In this document: one piece after another, positions 61,364 through 64,000 of the stretch | Numbering within the stretch: position 1 is the stretch's first letter | Layout: the number at the start of each line of letters is the position of its first letter | NCBI GenBank assembly: GCA_016930085.1 | Contig: JAFGHO010000067.1 | Location: 1,041-65,040, forward strand | DNA: 64,000 nt | Direction of reading: 5' to 3' | DNA from: Spirochaetales bacterium | GTDB lineage: Bacteria; Spirochaetota; Spirochaetia; SZUA-6; JAFGRV01 | The notes under the pieces: model-generated | Database searches by the model: none | Seen by the model: only the letters and a program-made list of their open reading frames with translations | What the model was told of the DNA's origin: nothing | Made by a program: the position numbers and the translations under genes

Positions 61364-63307
61364 TTATTTCCGCGAAATGGAAAAAAAGGGATAAAGGGTC
61401 CGCGTCCCGGATTCGTCGAACACCTCGCCGTAGGGGATGCGGACGAGTTTGTTCGCGATCGATTCGGATGCCCACACACCTTTTTCGTCGAACGAGTAGA
61501 CGGCGACATAGTGGCCGATCCACGACCCGCCCTGTTTGTACCTGTACTGGATCGCAGCCGGTTCTCCCCGTATCAGGCTGGCGAATAATGAATTGGCCGA
61601 ATCCTCCCATGTGTAGGCGAGGCCGTAAAGATCCGCCAGGTCCGTCATCATGGCGTAGTCCCACAGGTCGTCGCGCGATTTTCCGATCTTTTTTTCCGCC
61701 CCGTCCACGTCGATCGCTTCCCCGGTCATGTACTGGTACAGATGTTTGACAGCGAAGCCGAAACAGGCATTGTGGTGCTGTTTGGAACAGGGAAACGGGT
61801 AATCGGGTTTCATTTTCGGCCTTATATTCCTCTTTACGATTTCGCCGTACGCGAGTCTTTCACCGGCAAGGAACAAAAGATCGCCCAGGTGCGCTGTATA
61901 CGCCCCCGCGGTTTTCGCTTGTCCGGTTTCCATGGCGGCTTCGTACGGGGTTTTTCCACGGTAGTCCCGAAGAAAGGGATTCGCCCCCCGTTCGAGAAGC
62001 AACTCCGTTATCCCGATTTTTTCGTCCGATGCGCAGAACGACAGGGGGGGGCCGTTGTTGTGAAACGAGAGGATATTCATGTCCGCCGATTTGTCCAGAA
62101 GGAACTTCGCCATCTCGAGGTTGTTGTGCATGGCGGCATAATGGAGCGGCGCGTACAGCCCTTCGAAGGCGTCGACCTCCGTCCCCGCCGTATATGTTTT
62201 TTTCATCAGTTCGACGTCGTTGGTTTCCGCGGTCTCGACGAATGAAAGCGGGACATCGTTTTTGACAAAGCCTTCCGGCATATAGGGTTCGATTTTCGAG
62301 GCGAGAAAATCGCGCATTCCCAGCGAACTGCTTACCAGTTCGCCGAAGGATACGGCGAGAAATCCTTTTCGCGTGATGAGGTGATTCCGGCTTTCAATGG
62401 CAGCGGCATCGCGTCCGGGCCAGTTTTCGCACAATGCCGTCACGTCCACGACCGGGCAGGGGGCGGGGCGCTTCCGGAGTATCCGTTCGATCCTGTTTAT
62501 ATCCGTGTTTTTGAATCCCAGAAAGACCTTCACCTCCGGGTAGATCTTCCCCACACGGTCGAGAAGCGCGGTCTCCCAGACGAACATGTTTTTATCCGTA
62601 AATACGGCAAGCACTACGATTTTTCCTTCGAGTCCGCTTATACGGTATGGTTCGCCCGTTTCGATATCGGTAAAAGGGGTGTCCGGCATTTTTTTCGCGG
62701 GATCGGTCACGTCCTTTTTCGGGTACAGGGCCGTTTTTTTGTGTGTTTCCTTCCGTGCCGTCTTTTTTGCCGTCTCGAGGCGTTTTGCGATGTGAGCCCG
62801 GTTTTTCTCCAGGTTTTCGACCAGCGTCCGCATGACGGTATCGGCGTCGATGAGGGCCGTGGAAGTGCTCGAACCGCAGATTTCAAAGTCCGCCGCCGAG
62901 GCGAGGTACAGGGAGCAGCGCGCCGAAACATGGCGGGCTGGCTTCCGGGTGATATCGAGGGAGACGGTCGCGATGAGATCCGGCCCGAGGGCTTCGTTTA
63001 TCCTCGCGTAAACCTCCTCCGTATAGCCCTCCGAAGCGTCGGTGCCCAGCTCATCGAGGAACGGCTTCAACCGCTCCCGCGGAACGACCTTGAAGACCGG
63101 GCTTTCGGCGAGATACGACAGCAGGGCGGAGTCAAAGGCATCCGCGTCTTTCCTCGTGGTATGTTCGGAGACGGCCGGGGGCAGGACCGCGATCTCGAAC
63201 TCCCCCGTATCGTTTCCGGTGCTTCCGTTTCCCTGGGACACGCACCCGGGAAACCATGTCGAGATGATAAGTGAAAGTACGAGATAGTTCCGTAATTTAC
63301 GTTTCAT
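61364..63307 (-). CDS. Multidomain lipoprotein: CsgG-like + thioredoxin-like + ankyrin + C39-like peptidase
   Basis: Lipobox FPGC; FKVVPRERL; GKIVVLAVF without CxxC; PLHYAA..NLEMAKFLL and GKTPYEAA; NACFGFA..GHYVAVYSFD. Confidence 0.7.
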   Translation of the reverse strand: MKRKLRNYLVLSLIISTWFPGCVSQGNGSTGNDTGEFEIAVLPPAVSEHTTRKDADAFDSALLSYLAESPVFKVVPRERLKPFLDELGTDASEGYTEEVYARINEALGPDLIATVSLDITRKPARHVSARCSLYLASAADFEICGSSTSTALIDADTVMRTLVENLEKNRAHIAKRLETAKKTARKETHKKTALYPKKDVTDPAKKMPDTPFTDIETGEPYRISGLEGKIVVLAVFTDKNMFVWETALLDRVGKIYPEVKVFLGFKNTDINRIERILRKRPAPCPVVDVTALCENWPGRDAAAIESRNHLITRKGFLAVSFGELVSSSLGMRDFLASKIEPYMPEGFVKNDVPLSFVETAETNDVELMKKTYTAGTEVDAFEGLYAPLHYAAMHNNLEMAKFLLDKSADMNILSFHNNGPPLSFCASDEKIGITELLLERGANPFLRDYRGKTPYEAAMETGQAKTAGAYTAHLGDLLFLAGERLAYGEIVKRNIRPKMKPDYPFPCSKQHHNACFGFAVKHLYQYMTGEAIDVDGAEKKIGKSRDDLWDYAMMTDLADLYGLAYTWEDSANSLFASLIRGEPAAIQYRYKQGGSWIGHYVAVYSFDEKGVWASESIANKLVRIPYGEVFDESGTRTLYPFFSISRK

Positions 63308-63470
63308 GACACCCTCCTTGTCGATACGGGCGGGCGGGTTTTCGGAAAAAAATTCCGCCGCTTTTTATAGTGTAGACAATGGGAAGGGAATTTTCCCGGA
63401 TTTTTTTTTGTGGAAAAGGATTCATTCTCATATTCGTGAACATCAATTTGCTTTACTCTTTGATTTTGTC

Positions 63471-63496
63471 GTCTGAATATGGTACTATATTCAGAC
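63471..63496. promoter_or_regulatory. Palindromic operator of the antitoxin gene
   Basis: Perfect GTCTGAATAT-N6-ATATTCAGAC directly before the AGGAG RBS. Confidence 0.7.
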
Positions 63497-63507
63497 AGGA
63501 GTACGAT

Positions 63508-63687
63508 ATGAATTTGAATGAGGATATAAAATCAATATCATATATTAAATCCCATACGGCGGATATACTGAAACAGGTAAACGACACGCATCGTCCGATA
63601 ATTATTACGCAAAATGGAGAAGCAAAATCGAATTATTGGATGCCGAATCGGCATGAACCCCGCACAACGGCGGCGGCTTCCGCATAA
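63508..63687 (+). pseudogene. Frameshifted/truncated Phd/YefM antitoxin with no toxin
   Basis: MNLNEDIKSISYIKSHTADILKQVNDTHRPIIITQNGEAK; the expected LLDAES continues in another frame and stops shortly after. Confidence 0.75.
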
Positions 63688-63724
63688 CGCGGCACGGGGT
63701 TCGTTTTTCCGGGACCGTCTCCTC

Positions 63725-64000
63725 CTAAAACCCCGATATAATCCCGACATAATACTGTGCGATTCTGAGGGCGTCGGCTATGGTAATCGAGCCGTCCCTG
63801 TTGACGTCCGCATTGGCGGTAATAAAACCGGAAGGCGAAAGCCCGACGTAATATTGCGCCGTCAGCAATGCATCGACGATACTGACGGAGCCGTCGCCGT
63901 TGACATCGCCCAACGTTCCGGGTACGGGCGTCGAGGTATTGTTCACCGCTTCGAGCAGGGCCTGTTGTATTGCGTAATAAGCCGGTTTTTTGTTGCCGCT
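63725..64000 (-). CDS. C-terminus of a dockerin-bearing glycoside hydrolase, probably GH10 (5' part outside window)
   Basis: Frame is open from 64000: GNKKPAYYAIQQAL (GH10-like C-terminal helix), a TP linker, then dockerin GDVNGDGSVSIVD..DVNRDGSITIAD. Confidence 0.75.
   Translation of the reverse strand, partial: SGNKKPAYYAIQQALLEAVNNTSTPVPGTLGDVNGDGSVSIVDALLTAQYYVGLSPSGFITANADVNRDGSITIADALRIAQYYVGIISGF

Noticed and set aside
49783..63274. Long antisense and alternate-frame ORFs (e.g. 49783-50820, 59212-60213, 62381-63274)
   Set aside because: Shadow ORFs of well-supported genes in GC-rich coding DNA, with no motifs of their own.

Overview
A roughly 50% GC bacterial chromosome segment, most likely from a free-living, polysaccharide-degrading spirochaete. 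This assignment is inferred from the spirochaete-style lipoproteins and barrels, dockerin proteins and a 7TM-DISM kinase-cyclase. Housekeeping content: mtaB, rlmB, tRNA-Lys(UUU), trpE-trpGD-trpCF, HPr, ppk2, hsp20, radC, and leuA behind a Leu attenuator. The window also has many envelope genes and a c-di-GMP/cAMP signalling neighbourhood. No CRISPR array, rRNA, integrase or transposase was seen. Highlights: (1) a 17-bp tandem repeat forming a relay of five ATGA-overlapping mini-ORFs that link a TPR gene to mtaB; (2) an AT-rich island with a Fic gene behind twin palindromes, followed by a ~1190-codon nuclease/helical-repeat gene split by one in-frame TAA (candidate defence system); (3) an AT-rich tandem ribbon-helix-helix gene; (4) an SLH-like/barrel/FecR/lipoprotein/GT-like operon; (5) an ECF sigma with a hydrophobic tail coupled to a vWA protein; (6) a lipoprotein gene frameshifted near a T10 tract. 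All calls come from reading motifs by eye; no database search was run.
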